Of a stretch of DNA of 64,000 nucleotides, positions 49,498 through 59,182 are shown piece by piece. The translations under genes were made by a program, and so were the position numbers. Each line of letters begins with the position of its first letter. Position 1 is the first letter of the stretch. The DNA is taken from IMG/VR virus record IMGVR_UViG_3300024261_000005. The stretch is one strand, 5' to 3'. The notes below the pieces were generated by a model, which saw only the letters and a list, made by a program, of their open reading frames with translations, had not been told where the DNA came from and made no database searches. Source of the stretch: a virus.

Positions 49498-50261
49498 GCA
49501 GCCCCTTATGAGAACTACTTCTACGTAGTTGGGGTTCAGGCAATTTCAGTAGCCTATATGGTTGTGCGTAAAGCACCTATACTGATAGCAAAGGTTCTCA
49601 AAGAAGAAGAAAATGCGCGCGATATTAAGCAACTGATTTGCTATTGCGTTCATAAATTCTTTTTTAGTCTTTATTATTAATAACTTAGAAGTTTGACGAG
49701 ACAAAACTTTTAAAGATATTGATTTAAAGATTCATTTAATACACCAATTCTTCTTAGAAAGACAAAACATGTTTAAAATTATTTTGTCGGAAAGGACACG
49801 ATTCATGAAACAGTACGAAGCATACTGCAAGGGAATGGCGTATTTTCCGCCAACAGGACTTAATCCAAGATAAGTCAATAGAAGAAGTGTTCGATGTATT
49901 ACACACATTATGTCGTGCAACACGAATGCCAAATCTATTGACATGTATTCTCGCGTACCCTACTGCACGAAAGCACGCACTACGCGTCTTGCAGTATGGA
50001 TGTCCACGCAGTCGTAGAAACCACAACAGTGCAGGTGCATCATGCATCTGCAAAGGAGTAGAAGAATGACTATCGTCATTATAGTAGTGACTGTTACAGT
50101 CACTATAATATTCACAAAATTGTTTGTTTGAGACTGGGCTGAGGAGCCCTCGAAATGCCACCCCTTAAAGGTTTATTAGCTCGTCACTAATTGTAATAAT
50201 GGTATCGTGGTAACTTTAGCCACATGATTAGACCCCCAACTTTTTGCCGAAAGGGCACAAA

Positions 50262-50777
50262 ATGTATTTCTTTCTCTCATCATCCCCGTTTAACAACCCC
50301 CAAACCCTTAAAAATAATGAGGAGACGACACGACGTCTCCTTAAACAACGTGGTGTAGCTCTCCCCCCAGAGGGCTCTCAACATTTCCTCTCACACCTAA
50401 ACGAAATGAACGTGATCGCAATCAGCGACGCGTTCAAAGCCTTCAATGGCAAGGCAGGCGTACATGAGATCACTATCACATCAGACTGTGCTGTCACCCG
50501 CCTCCAGGGACCCAAAATGGGCCAAGAGAATCTCTCAGACGAGGAGAGAACCCTCCATTCTCGTGGCGAAGGACGACCACCGCAACCAGTGGTTATACGA
50601 CCAGCTCCCTTCCAGTACACAGATGCCATTACACTCGTAATCTTCCCAAATGAAGCGGGTAAACTAGTGTTGTGGACTATGCACAGTGGTCCCGCAATGG
50701 ATCCTGACTTCAGCCATGAAGACTGGAGTGCAAACGCCTTGGCATTCACCCCTGAGGAGGTCAACCATGTCGTGTGA
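50262..50777 (+). CDS. Hypothetical protein
   Basis: GAAAGGG SD before ATG 50262. Confidence 0.6.
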   Translation: MYFFLSSSPFNNPQTLKNNEETTRRLLKQRGVALPPEGSQHFLSHLNEMNVIAISDAFKAFNGKAGVHEITITSDCAVTRLQGPKMGQENLSDEERTLHSRGEGRPPQPVVIRPAPFQYTDAITLVIFPNEAGKLVLWTMHSGPAMDPDFSHEDWSANALAFTPEEVNHVV

Positions 50778-50982
50778 TAGCTGTGTAAAAAACGGAGAAA
50801 TCTGTGAAGACCTCTATATGTTTTCGGGTGACTGTAGCGGAATCCACGAGATCGACGATGAAGTCTTCTGTCCTGACTGCTCACCCTGGAGTCGTCAGGA
50901 AGGAAACAGCTCCCACTGGGACGACGATGAGTGGGGTGGAGACCCCGACGATGTAGCAGGCAAGGCATTTACAGGCTACTAA
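50767..50982 (+). CDS. Small Cys-rich (CxxC...CxxC) acidic protein
   Basis: GAGGAGG SD before MSCDSC. Confidence 0.6.
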   Translation: MSCDSCVKNGEICEDLYMFSGDCSGIHEIDDEVFCPDCSPWSRQEGNSSHWDDDEWGGDPDDVAGKAFTGY

Positions 50983-51229
50983 CTTTCCAATCAGACCAGC
51001 ATTTAACTATGCTGCAAACCCTCTAGTAGGGGATTCTTTCAAAAGAAGAGTCTTAAAAGTGTCGAAACCAGTACAATTATGTTTATGTTATCCTTTCTGG
51101 AACATAGTTGTAAGAAGTTATTGAAACACTTCTGTCTCTTGTGGTGAGGCGACATGGTAGGGCGTATGCCCCTGATGACTCCGTTGTGGAGTGATTGTGA
51201 AAATAAAATTCTCAATTCAAGGAGACGAA

Positions 51230-51355
51230 ATGTCTACTAGAACAGTAAACCAACATATCTTTGACTTGCTTGTAAGTCTCGGCTTAGCGAAAGCAGTGTG
51301 TCGAGACCTAGCAATCATAGACAACCAAATAATCAAAAGGAGACGACATGTCTAG
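51230..51355 (+). CDS. Small hypothetical protein (41 aa, below the track cutoff)
   Basis: AAGGAG SD; MSTRTVNQHIFDLL... to TAG. Confidence 0.45.
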   Translation: MSTRTVNQHIFDLLVSLGLAKAVCRDLAIIDNQIIKRRRHV

Positions 51356-51740
51356 TATCCCACAAGTGCACCAGCAAGTGTACGACCTGCTCTCAACTGA
51401 GCAAAAACAATTCTTCTATATCCACTCGTTGTGGCAAGGTGTTTCGTGCATCCGCCTAAAAAGTGGCATAATGAAGGAGTTCGCAGGGAGCGGAGGCGAT
51501 TGTCAAATGCAGACATTCCTCGCCTCTGCGCAACATATCGTTTCTTTAGCACATGACAAAAACATTTGGACTTGCGTTAGGTTCAGTAACAATGGCTATC
51601 AGTCGGTCTTGGTCTACTTGGGAACTCGAAATGTAGACGAGTTCATGAGACTCTCAAAGATTAGACAGATGGAAAGAGCCAACCAAGACCCAGACGCTGG
51701 TGTTTTAGATGATAACGGGAACCCATACGGAGACCGTTAA
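51348..51740 (+). CDS. Hypothetical protein
   Basis: AAGGAG SD. Confidence 0.65.
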   Translation: MSSIPQVHQQVYDLLSTEQKQFFYIHSLWQGVSCIRLKSGIMKEFAGSGGDCQMQTFLASAQHIVSLAHDKNIWTCVRFSNNGYQSVLVYLGTRNVDEFMRLSKIRQMERANQDPDAGVLDDNGNPYGDR

Positions 51741-51813
51741 ACAACAACAACAGGCAAAACATCTTCTCTAAAAGAGCAAAATAACATTCCTTAAACAAAC
51801 AAAGGAAAATATT

Positions 51814-52137
51814 ATGATACTTAAAAGAGTTAAAGATGATTTTAATGCCTTGCCTGGATGGGCAAGGATAATTTTCGTGGGCGGGATGCTAGCAAGCATC
51901 ATTAAGTGGTTTCCAATAATTGAACTGTTGGAACTCTTCTTACTAATCGTGGTTATACCACTTGGATTTCTTACATTCGTAGGCGTGATCTCAAAAGAGA
52001 CCAGCAATACTATTGTTTCTACATGGACAATGGTCTGTAACCTATTAAGAAAAGAAATTAAAGAGGCTGGCCGACCTACAAGCAACCAAAACGGGACAGA
52101 TGAAGAAGTGACAACAAGCACGGAAGTAGAGGCTTAA
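51814..52137 (+). CDS. Membrane protein (2 TM)
   Basis: Hydrophobic segments; SD. Confidence 0.6.
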   Translation: MILKRVKDDFNALPGWARIIFVGGMLASIIKWFPIIELLELFLLIVVIPLGFLTFVGVISKETSNTIVSTWTMVCNLLRKEIKEAGRPTSNQNGTDEEVTTSTEVEA

Positions 52138-52211
52138 AATGGAAGAAGCTCTATTTACTCGGATTATCATCACAATTATCTGTTTCGCAATATTTCTATG
52201 AAAGGTTTTCG

Positions 52212-52484
52212 ATGAAAACACTACTTACAATTATCATCACAATGTTGGCAAACCCAGCATTCGCAGACACACCATGTGAGAAACAAGTATCACATGTTGA
52301 AAGCATTCACAAGCAAATCATCTCACTCGCCAAAGAGTGCGACGAATTACCATTAAGTAAGCAACTGACCTGCTATCAAGTGCTAGCCGGGAATCAAGAG
52401 GCACTCGCAGGCGCACTCTACCATGCAGAAATAATCTGTACAAAAATAGCAATCACAAAACTTCGAAAGGAAGTAAAAAGATGA
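52212..52484 (+). CDS. Small secreted Cys-containing protein
   Basis: Signal peptide ending AFA. Confidence 0.6.
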   Translation: MKTLLTIIITMLANPAFADTPCEKQVSHVESIHKQIISLAKECDELPLSKQLTCYQVLAGNQEALAGALYHAEIICTKIAITKLRKEVKR

Positions 52485-52876
52485 ACATAATCAACAACAT
52501 CGCAACAGGGCTAGAGGAAATCTATCTGCAAAGAGATAAGATCCCTGAGTTATGGACTCGAGTCACAACCTTCTATGCAGAGAATGTATGGAAGGACCTC
52601 ATCGACCTCGGAGAGAAGGTCCACATGGTCAAGCAGACGCATTCTCCAAAGAGTGCAATCGCTTCGACTTTCCTTCCTCGAACCGTGAGAAACTTCAAGC
52701 AGTTCGACAAAGAGATCTCGGAATTTATGGACTCTCCTGAAGAAGAGCCCGAAGCAACAGAAACAGCCGAAAAGCACTCAGCAAAGCTCTTGCATACCAA
52801 CACGAATGGAAAGCCATTCAACTGGAGCGGCGCTGGAGACTACGACAAAGACGCAGTAAACAATGTGGCTGATTGA
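52481..52876 (+). CDS. Hypothetical protein
   Basis: ATGA overlap with the upstream gene; SD. Confidence 0.6.
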   Translation: MNIINNIATGLEEIYLQRDKIPELWTRVTTFYAENVWKDLIDLGEKVHMVKQTHSPKSAIASTFLPRTVRNFKQFDKEISEFMDSPEEEPEATETAEKHSAKLLHTNTNGKPFNWSGAGDYDKDAVNNVAD

Positions 52877-53198
52877 ATTCAGCTTCACATTCTACATAAC
52901 TTTGAGCTTCTTGATGTTTGACAGACATCAAACCTTCGAACAATAAGGAATCACATGACTGCGATTATAATAATTCTATGCCTATTCAACTCAGTCATCC
53001 TCCTTAAATTGGCTTGGCTCCTATCAGAGCCATATTAATCCTAAAACCGCTAAGGTAACATAGCGGTATATAAATAACGAGGCGTCACTCTCATAATGTC
53101 TAATAGGCAGAGAGAACTACACCCACGCCTACAATGGATAAACATGAAGAAAGTAGAATCTTCTTTGTGCCAAGAGTGTTACTTGGGGTGATTTATAT

Positions 53199-53362
53199 GC
53201 GGAAGTAGCTCAAAGGTAGAGCGTCAACCATACCGGGATAAAAGTGGTGATCAAAAGGGCTAGAAATCCTTGCGGTCGCCACTGAAAGACCAAACGTACG
53301 TGCTTTCTAGCGTAGGGGTAATACAAGTTGAAGGCATGCAGGTTCGAATCCTGTCTTCCGCC
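53199..53362 (+). tRNA. tRNA body (Gly-like scaffold) with about 91-nt pseudoknotted insert in the anticodon loop
   Basis: GCGGAAG/CTTCCGC acceptor; GCTC/GAGC D arm; TCAAC/GTTGA anticodon stem enclosing 98 nt; GCAGG-TTCGAAT-CCTGT T arm. Confidence 0.75.
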
Positions 53363-53366
53363 GCAA

Positions 53367-53438
53367 AGACTCTTAGCTCAACGGTAGAGCAGCGGACTTT
53401 TAATCCGTTGGCTCTGGGTTCGAATCCCAGAGGGTCTA
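53367..53438 (+). tRNA. tRNA-Lys(UUU)
   Basis: Full cloverleaf; GCGGA-CT-TTT-AA-TCCGT; no encoded CCA. Confidence 0.92.
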
Positions 53439-53530
53439 TTCTTTATTTCTTTAAATAGGTGTATTATCTCAACTTTCTTTAAAAAAGAGTGGTTGGTGTT
53501 TACGGATAATGCACCTTTTTAAACATGTAA

Positions 53531-53603
53531 GGGCCTATAGCTCAGTGGTTAGAGCTCCCGACTCATAATCGGCAGGTCCCAGGTTCAAATCCTGGTGGGC
53601 CCA
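53531..53603 (+). tRNA. tRNA with CAU anticodon (Ile2-like; Met not excluded)
   Basis: Full cloverleaf GGGCCTATAGCTCAGTGGTTAGAGC..CCGA-CT-CAT-AA-TCGG.. Confidence 0.9.
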
Positions 53604-53698
53604 TTCACCTAAAAGACATAGAACTCAGATGATTATGAAGTAGTAGCATACTGCTTCTCATGTTTCTATTACCGCAAAATCCAAATAAAGGCAAAAAG

Positions 53699-54208
53699 AT
53701 GACAAAGAAATGGGAAACAGAACTACGAGAAAGTCTCGACAGAGAGACTAAATCTCTAAAAGAAACAATCAAAATCAATAGATACCCCACAAACACGGGT
53801 ACGTGTACCTATTTTTTAACCTGCTTCACTCAGGCCAAAAGACGCGGACTGGACGTGTCTGAAGCCGAAGCGCTCATTCAGGCTAATCCATGGATTCAAG
53901 AAGAGAGTCTGGTCGAATGTGATTGGTTCAAGCCATTTCGTAGACTGAAGCTCGACGGGCTAACTGAATCACAAAAGTTAATGCTCATGCTCCAAGCGGA
54001 CGAGCACTTGTGCGTCCTTGAATTCCTAACAAAATCCATCAATCTGCGTGAAAACTGGGTTGAAGGGCTAATTAGAGGGCTTCCAAACAGCCTCACCCTC
54101 TCGAAAGAAAGTGGTGAAAAAGTTCAGCACATGATTCAGGAGGGTCCAATTGAGGGGCCATTCCAAGAGTGGCTCCAAGCTCAAATCTCAAACCTAACAA
54201 CAACTTAA
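53699..54208 (+). CDS. Hypothetical protein
   Basis: Track ORF (53660); likely start at MTKKW. Confidence 0.55.
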   Translation: MTKKWETELRESLDRETKSLKETIKINRYPTNTGTCTYFLTCFTQAKRRGLDVSEAEALIQANPWIQEESLVECDWFKPFRRLKLDGLTESQKLMLMLQADEHLCVLEFLTKSINLRENWVEGLIRGLPNSLTLSKESGEKVQHMIQEGPIEGPFQEWLQAQISNLTTT

Positions 54209-54220
54209 AGGAGGTCCGAA

Positions 54221-54457
54221 ATGGACAAGGAAGCAATACGAGAAAAACTTAACAGAAGCCTGGGGTACAAGTCCCCAGAGCAGCTTCAGTCCATGATGGG
54301 ATTCATCGGAAGCATCAGCAGACAAGGAGAAGTGAAGATTGAAGACAAATGGTGGCCTGAAAAGGACTATCTTGTTGGCCTTCTCAGAGACGGAGGAAAT
54401 GGAGTGCATAAAATGGCTGTACTCTTCCCCGATAAATCCTTCTACACGTTTGGATAA
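54221..54457 (+). CDS. Hypothetical protein
   Basis: AAGGAGG SD. Confidence 0.65.
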   Translation: MDKEAIREKLNRSLGYKSPEQLQSMMGFIGSISRQGEVKIEDKWWPEKDYLVGLLRDGGNGVHKMAVLFPDKSFYTFG

Positions 54458-54459
54458 CC

Positions 54460-54708
54460 ATGTACCATACATTTAGACTCTTCGAGAGAAGTAAGAAAAA
54501 CGGATTCTTAGAAACCAAAGGCTCTGTGATAACTATTAACATGGCGCTAGTTCAAGCAATCCAAATGAAAAACTTCTGCGTCCAAATAGACTCAGACCTT
54601 GAAACCATGACGTTACTTGAAGTTTCATTCACTAGCAAGACGATCATAGTTGAACCACAAAACTATGACGAGTTTCAGCTAATGATGGATCAAATGTCTC
54701 AAAGATAA
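54460..54708 (+). CDS. Hypothetical protein
   Basis: Tightly packed + strand ORF. Confidence 0.55.
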   Translation: MYHTFRLFERSKKNGFLETKGSVITINMALVQAIQMKNFCVQIDSDLETMTLLEVSFTSKTIIVEPQNYDEFQLMMDQMSQR

Positions 54709-54719
54709 AGGCAACTATC

Positions 54720-54986
54720 ATGAAGAAGTGGCTACTGTTGGCAATCGCCCCATACTTATTCTTCCTAATGTTCATTTATGGACCAGAAGAATGGCAGATT
54801 ATCGCTTGGTTAATAGCTTGTTGTAATTTTGCTACAGCAGCATCTTATTATGACAAAACCTTTAAAGCAAGTGAGCGCATAGAAAACGAAACGCTAAGAG
54901 AAATCTTCCTAGCACCATACTCAATAAGCGCAATCTTCCTATACTCTATGGGAGTTATCCCACCACCAACAAAATTAACTCTATGA
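54720..54986 (+). CDS. Small membrane protein
   Basis: Hydrophobic segments. Confidence 0.55.
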   Translation: MKKWLLLAIAPYLFFLMFIYGPEEWQIIAWLIACCNFATAASYYDKTFKASERIENETLREIFLAPYSISAIFLYSMGVIPPPTKLTL

Positions 54987-55002
54987 AGAAAGGAGATCCG
55001 AA

Positions 55003-55431
55003 ATGGACCCTAAAAAGATAGCAAAAAAAGCGATATCAAAAGCCTTCGATAACAATTGCGAGGCAATTGTACTCTATTACATACTCGCAAACATCGGAGG
55101 AACCTTCGGGCTGATAATCCGAAGAGAAATCGAAGAGATTATGGAGATTGAGTTAAACACTGAAGATCCATTTTTCTTTTTAGACTGGCTTCCCATTAAT
55201 CTTAAGAAAGAGCTTGTTGCACTGGCTCAAGAAAAGCTAGTCAAGGCGACATTCATCACAAATGATAAGCCAAAGAGCCTGTACGATAATACTCATTGGC
55301 ACATTGTTGCCAACGCAACAATCAAGACCATAATTGAGTCAAAAGCTCGAAAATGGGCCACGCAAAACAAAGAATGGATGAACCAAAATGACAATCGAAA
55401 TGACAGCGTCACAACAATCCACTTCCTCTAA
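55003..55431 (+). CDS. Hypothetical protein
   Basis: AAGGAG SD. Confidence 0.6.
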   Translation: MDPKKIAKKAISKAFDNNCEAIVLYYILANIGGTFGLIIRREIEEIMEIELNTEDPFFFLDWLPINLKKELVALAQEKLVKATFITNDKPKSLYDNTHWHIVANATIKTIIESKARKWATQNKEWMNQNDNRNDSVTTIHFL

Positions 55432-55744
55432 GCAAACGATTATAGTATGCGAAGAATACGGTTACAAATGGTGGTTGTGGGAATTCCATGGAAGTTTTAT
55501 CAATCTCCAAGAATACTGGGACAAACTAGTTGTCCCCGCAATAAAAACTCAAGGATGTCTATTGGCAATTAGAGGTCTCAAAGGGCACCTAACGTCTATA
55601 AGACCAATCAACTCTCCTATTGACCCAGATAGCTGGGTGCTGCCATCTGGAGACATCCTCAAAATGGCCAAAACTACCCACCATTGTCACATTCACGAAA
55701 GTGATGATAGCTGGTTGGATCTAAAAGGAAGCAACAATGTTTAG
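55388..55744 (+). CDS. Hypothetical protein
   Basis: Overlapping + strand ORF. Confidence 0.5.
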   Translation: MTIEMTASQQSTSSKQTIIVCEEYGYKWWLWEFHGSFINLQEYWDKLVVPAIKTQGCLLAIRGLKGHLTSIRPINSPIDPDSWVLPSGDILKMAKTTHHCHIHESDDSWLDLKGSNNV

Positions 55745-56013
55745 AAACTCCAAGATACAGGCTATCAAGGTGGTTCTTAACCACCTAATGAGAAACATCG
55801 ATTTAGAAATGAGCCTTTTAGAGGGCGAATTGCATACTGAAAACCCACACAAAAGCGAAGCGCTACTTCATTTCGCTCCACAGACCCGCATGCAAACAAC
55901 TCAATAATGAGATCATTGAACACATAATCGAAAACGAGACCCATTATTTCAAAATGTTCTCTGATGAAACATCAAGAGAATCCGGCTTCGTAACCTTTGA
56001 CTAAGGCACCAGA

Positions 56014-56301
56014 ATGACTGAAAATGCAAAAGAAGAACTACTTAACACATTAAAAAAGTTCAAGATACCTGTCGCAAGCATAACCAAAGCAAAAGTTGGC
56101 TTTTCAGCAAACTGGGAGGTTAACTTTTTAACCACATCAGATACCCAAGAACTCCTAGAGTATCTCGATAGAAGTTACGACTCGGGATACGGTTCCCAAG
56201 AATTGCATGGGCACATTGTAATCTCAAAGGAGCTATGGCTCTCTAGAGGGGAATATGATGGCTCAGAATGGTGGAACGTCCACCAATGTCCAGAAATCTA
56301 A
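56014..56301 (+). CDS. Hypothetical phage protein (YDSGYGSQELHG...RGEYDGSEWW)
   Basis: ORF with SD. Confidence 0.6.
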   Translation: MTENAKEELLNTLKKFKIPVASITKAKVGFSANWEVNFLTTSDTQELLEYLDRSYDSGYGSQELHGHIVISKELWLSRGEYDGSEWWNVHQCPEI

Positions 56302-56421
56302 AACAAAGGAAATTCGCAAAGTTCACCTTAAAGAACTAGTGGTCTACCTGAAGCATAATGCTCAAGGTACTGATGTGTTGTCATAAGGCAACGAAACCAA
56401 AAAACAGAAAGAGGTGTCGAA

Positions 56422-56721
56422 ATGACTCCAACCGAATTACTAATCATAGACCAAATGTGGGAACGCTCAATGAGTGTTATGATGCCCAGCATCTTAAATT
56501 TGGCGGGACAAGAAGACTCTAACGAAGAATTAGAAAGTTTCTTGTCTTCAGGAAAGGAAGTCTGGAAGAAAATGATGAGCGAGTATTTATCTAAATCAGA
56601 TATTGAAAACCTAATCAAAGCATTCTACGCATCCTCTCAAATCGACGAGAAAAAGTTGAAACTATTCAACGCGGTTTATACGACTCGAATCATCGAGATC
56701 GCTGAAGAATGTTTCAACTAA
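56422..56721 (+). CDS. Hypothetical helical protein
   Basis: GAGGT SD. Confidence 0.6.
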   Translation: MTPTELLIIDQMWERSMSVMMPSILNLAGQEDSNEELESFLSSGKEVWKKMMSEYLSKSDIENLIKAFYASSQIDEKKLKLFNAVYTTRIIEIAEECFN

Positions 56722-56871
56722 TATTTACAGTGCTCATACTAGTGCTAGCAATAGTATTGGCTAGAGCATTCAAAGAAGAACTATCGTTTCACTTAACCAT
56801 ATTCATGGGTTGGGTGAGTGTATTCGCATTAATAAAAATCGTGCGACTGATCATAGCCTAAAGGAGGCGAA

Positions 56872-57102
56872 ATGCCAGCAACAACAAAAGCAGACAAGTC
56901 AACCATTGACTACTTCCTTGAAAATTACTCTGGCTTTGCAGAAAGAGCAAAAGAGTTAATTGAAACCAACCAAGACCATCAATGGGTATGGGAGTACTCC
57001 TTGTTTTCAGATCCTCAAGATTACAACAAGCTGATTCTCATCGGCATTGATTATGAGCATGGCGAAACTGAAAGGATCAGCCAGTATGAAAAAGGATATT
57101 GA
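56872..57102 (+). CDS. Hypothetical protein
   Basis: AAGGAGG SD. Confidence 0.6.
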   Translation: MPATTKADKSTIDYFLENYSGFAERAKELIETNQDHQWVWEYSLFSDPQDYNKLILIGIDYEHGETERISQYEKGY

Positions 57103-57277
57103 TGCAGCCATAGGAAGATGGCAAGCCCTACACGGCAACCGTCTCAACTGCGACCCAGAGTCTATTGTAGGTTGGTCCTACAAGCTCACAGATGAACAAA
57201 AAGTTGCGCTTATCAAAAAGCAAATACAACTTGAATGTGCTTCAGTTGACGCACATCGAAATCTTCTCAACAGGTAA
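57086..57277 (+). CDS. Hypothetical protein
   Basis: AAGGA SD before MKKDID. Confidence 0.5.
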   Translation: MKKDIDAAIGRWQALHGNRLNCDPESIVGWSYKLTDEQKVALIKKQIQLECASVDAHRNLLNR

Positions 57278-57301
57278 CTAATGTCGAAAGGACAAACTCA
57301 A

Positions 57302-57619
57302 ATGTCAATCATCAATCTCACTCCCCACAATCTGAACATCCACACAAGCAACGGAACAGTAGTAGAAGTACCTCCTTCTGGATCGGTTGCACGAGTTGCA
57401 ACCACGTACACTGCTATTGCATCAATCGGAGATATTGACGTCTTCGATTGCGTATATGGAGAGATTACTGGATTGCCCGACCCAGCAATCAACTCAATCT
57501 TTGTGGTCAGCGGCCAAACTAATGCCGCACTGTCTCATCGCGGAGACGTCTTCTCTCCAGGCGAGTTGGTGCGAGACGAGTCAGGTAAACCGATTGGTTG
57601 CTTGGGCTTAAAAGCCTAA
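57302..57619 (+). CDS. Conserved-looking phage protein (IINLTPH...PSG.VARV...GLP)
   Basis: AAGGAC SD before MSIINL. Confidence 0.65.
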   Translation: MSIINLTPHNLNIHTSNGTVVEVPPSGSVARVATTYTAIASIGDIDVFDCVYGEITGLPDPAINSIFVVSGQTNAALSHRGDVFSPGELVRDESGKPIGCLGLKA

Positions 57620-57921
57620 TCCGCCAGTTGGTGTGACCACCACTTTGAGCGACCAGACGCACCTTCCCCCGCCAGGGGGAAATAGCCCCCGCCAGGGGGC
57701 GTCTATAGCTGTCTCCACTAAGTGCAAAGCACTTTAAAAAAACCTTAAATATGTGACGAGACCTAGAATTGTATAACCTTATATTCAAAACTAAAACTAT
57801 AAAATGTAAAACCCTACAACACTGGCATAAAACAGTAATAGGGCTAGAAAAAAAAGGCCTAATCTATAAGGAGTTCAAGAGAACCGAACTTGGATGGTGC
57901 TTTTACTACTGAGGGAACCAA

Positions 57922-58134
57922 ATGCAAAAGTACTACATGCTACTCCTGCAAGAGTACACAGACGAAAAACTAACTGACAACTTCTACTTAAAGGACACCG
58001 TTTATCCCGGAACAGTAACCTACCCCACTTATGAAGAAGCAAAAAAAGAAGCAAAAAAAATTAACTACGAAACTGGTCCCAACACAAGGATCGAATGCAT
58101 CGTGATACTAAACAATAAGATTGGAAAACAATAA
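57922..58134 (+). CDS. Hypothetical protein
   Basis: GAGGG SD. Confidence 0.5.
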   Translation: MQKYYMLLLQEYTDEKLTDNFYLKDTVYPGTVTYPTYEEAKKEAKKINYETGPNTRIECIVILNNKIGKQ

Positions 58135-58136
58135 AC

Positions 58137-58460
58137 ATGTCACAACAAAGATTTGAATTCATGAAAGACATGAACCCCGACTACGAAGCCTTAGGCGAGC
58201 AAATAGGGATTCTGCTAAACGAAAAGCAATCCGCCTATGGGAATGCCTTCGGAAATATGTCTCAAATTTTCAACATAATTTATCCCAACGGAATACAGCC
58301 GCATCAATACGATAACGTACTTACAATAGTTAGGATGATGGATAAGATCTTTAGAATCGCCAACCTTCCAGAAACCGGAAAAGACTCCATGGAAGAAGAC
58401 CCGTGGAAAGATATCGCTGGCTACGCAATGCTAGCGCTACAAAATATTGAAGAGCCCTAA
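58137..58460 (+). CDS. Nucleotide-modification-associated domain (Nmad1/DUF1599-like) protein
   Basis: KQSAYGNAF...RMMDKIFRI...EDPWKDIAGYAML. Confidence 0.65.
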   Translation: MSQQRFEFMKDMNPDYEALGEQIGILLNEKQSAYGNAFGNMSQIFNIIYPNGIQPHQYDNVLTIVRMMDKIFRIANLPETGKDSMEEDPWKDIAGYAMLALQNIEEP

Positions 58461-58739
58461 GTGATGAAATTCTTAGACGCCTTCATATTCTATTTTGGTA
58501 TATATGGAATCTCTTGGTCAATGATATACGCAAAGCCGCTACAACCAATAAAGCGCTTCTTCACTGGAAGAAGCAAAACATTACACGACTTACTTGAATG
58601 TATCGTCTGCACGTCATTCTGGGTCGGACTACCCTTTACATACCTCCACTTCAATAACGAGCCATGGACAACACAAGTGCTAGTACTATTTAGTACCGTA
58701 ACTTTCACTTGGCTACTTTCAAACTTACTAGAGGATTAA
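58461..58739 (+). CDS. DUF1360-like small membrane protein
   Basis: LLECIVCTSFW flanked by TM segments. Confidence 0.55.
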   Translation: MMKFLDAFIFYFGIYGISWSMIYAKPLQPIKRFFTGRSKTLHDLLECIVCTSFWVGLPFTYLHFNNEPWTTQVLVLFSTVTFTWLLSNLLED

Positions 58740-58743
58740 TATA

Positions 58744-59169
58744 ATGCTAACAGCAAAACAAAGATACACCTTAAACTTAATTAACAAAATCGACACTGCC
58801 CACTTTACTACAGAAGGAGTATATCTTGCACAAGGTAACAGTAAGCAGTTATCAAAAAAAGCGCTTACAGGACACTTAACCATGCTGCTAAAAAAAGACA
58901 AAATATATAAAGTCAGAAGAGGCAACTATGCGCTCGCAACACCAGCAGCACCCATTTTAAACTTAGATGCTTTGACATCGTCAAGCAGCCCACTCTCATC
59001 AAGTGAATTACCATCATTCTTGGCACACGAAGACATTGAGAAGCTTCTGGAATGGAAGAGCCAAAGCATCGGTGCCACTTACAAAGAGATAGAGCGCTTA
59101 CAACTAAAAGTAATTAAGCTAGAGAAACAAAAAACAACAATAAGCAATATTAAAGTAAAATTCTGCTGA
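58744..59169 (+). CDS. Putative winged-helix + coiled-coil protein
   Basis: LTGHLTMLLKKDKIYKVRRGNY. Confidence 0.5.
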   Translation: MLTAKQRYTLNLINKIDTAHFTTEGVYLAQGNSKQLSKKALTGHLTMLLKKDKIYKVRRGNYALATPAAPILNLDALTSSSSPLSSSELPSFLAHEDIEKLLEWKSQSIGATYKEIERLQLKVIKLEKQKTTISNIKVKFC

Positions 59170-59182
59170 AAAGGATGCTAAA

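Noticed and set aside
49732-50161. Overlapping short ORFs on both strands
   Set aside because: None is clearly supported; coding status left unresolved.
51150-51205. Hammerhead ribozyme at CTGATGA
   Set aside because: Stem I and II candidates exist, but GAAA does not follow stem II and stem III cannot be formed.
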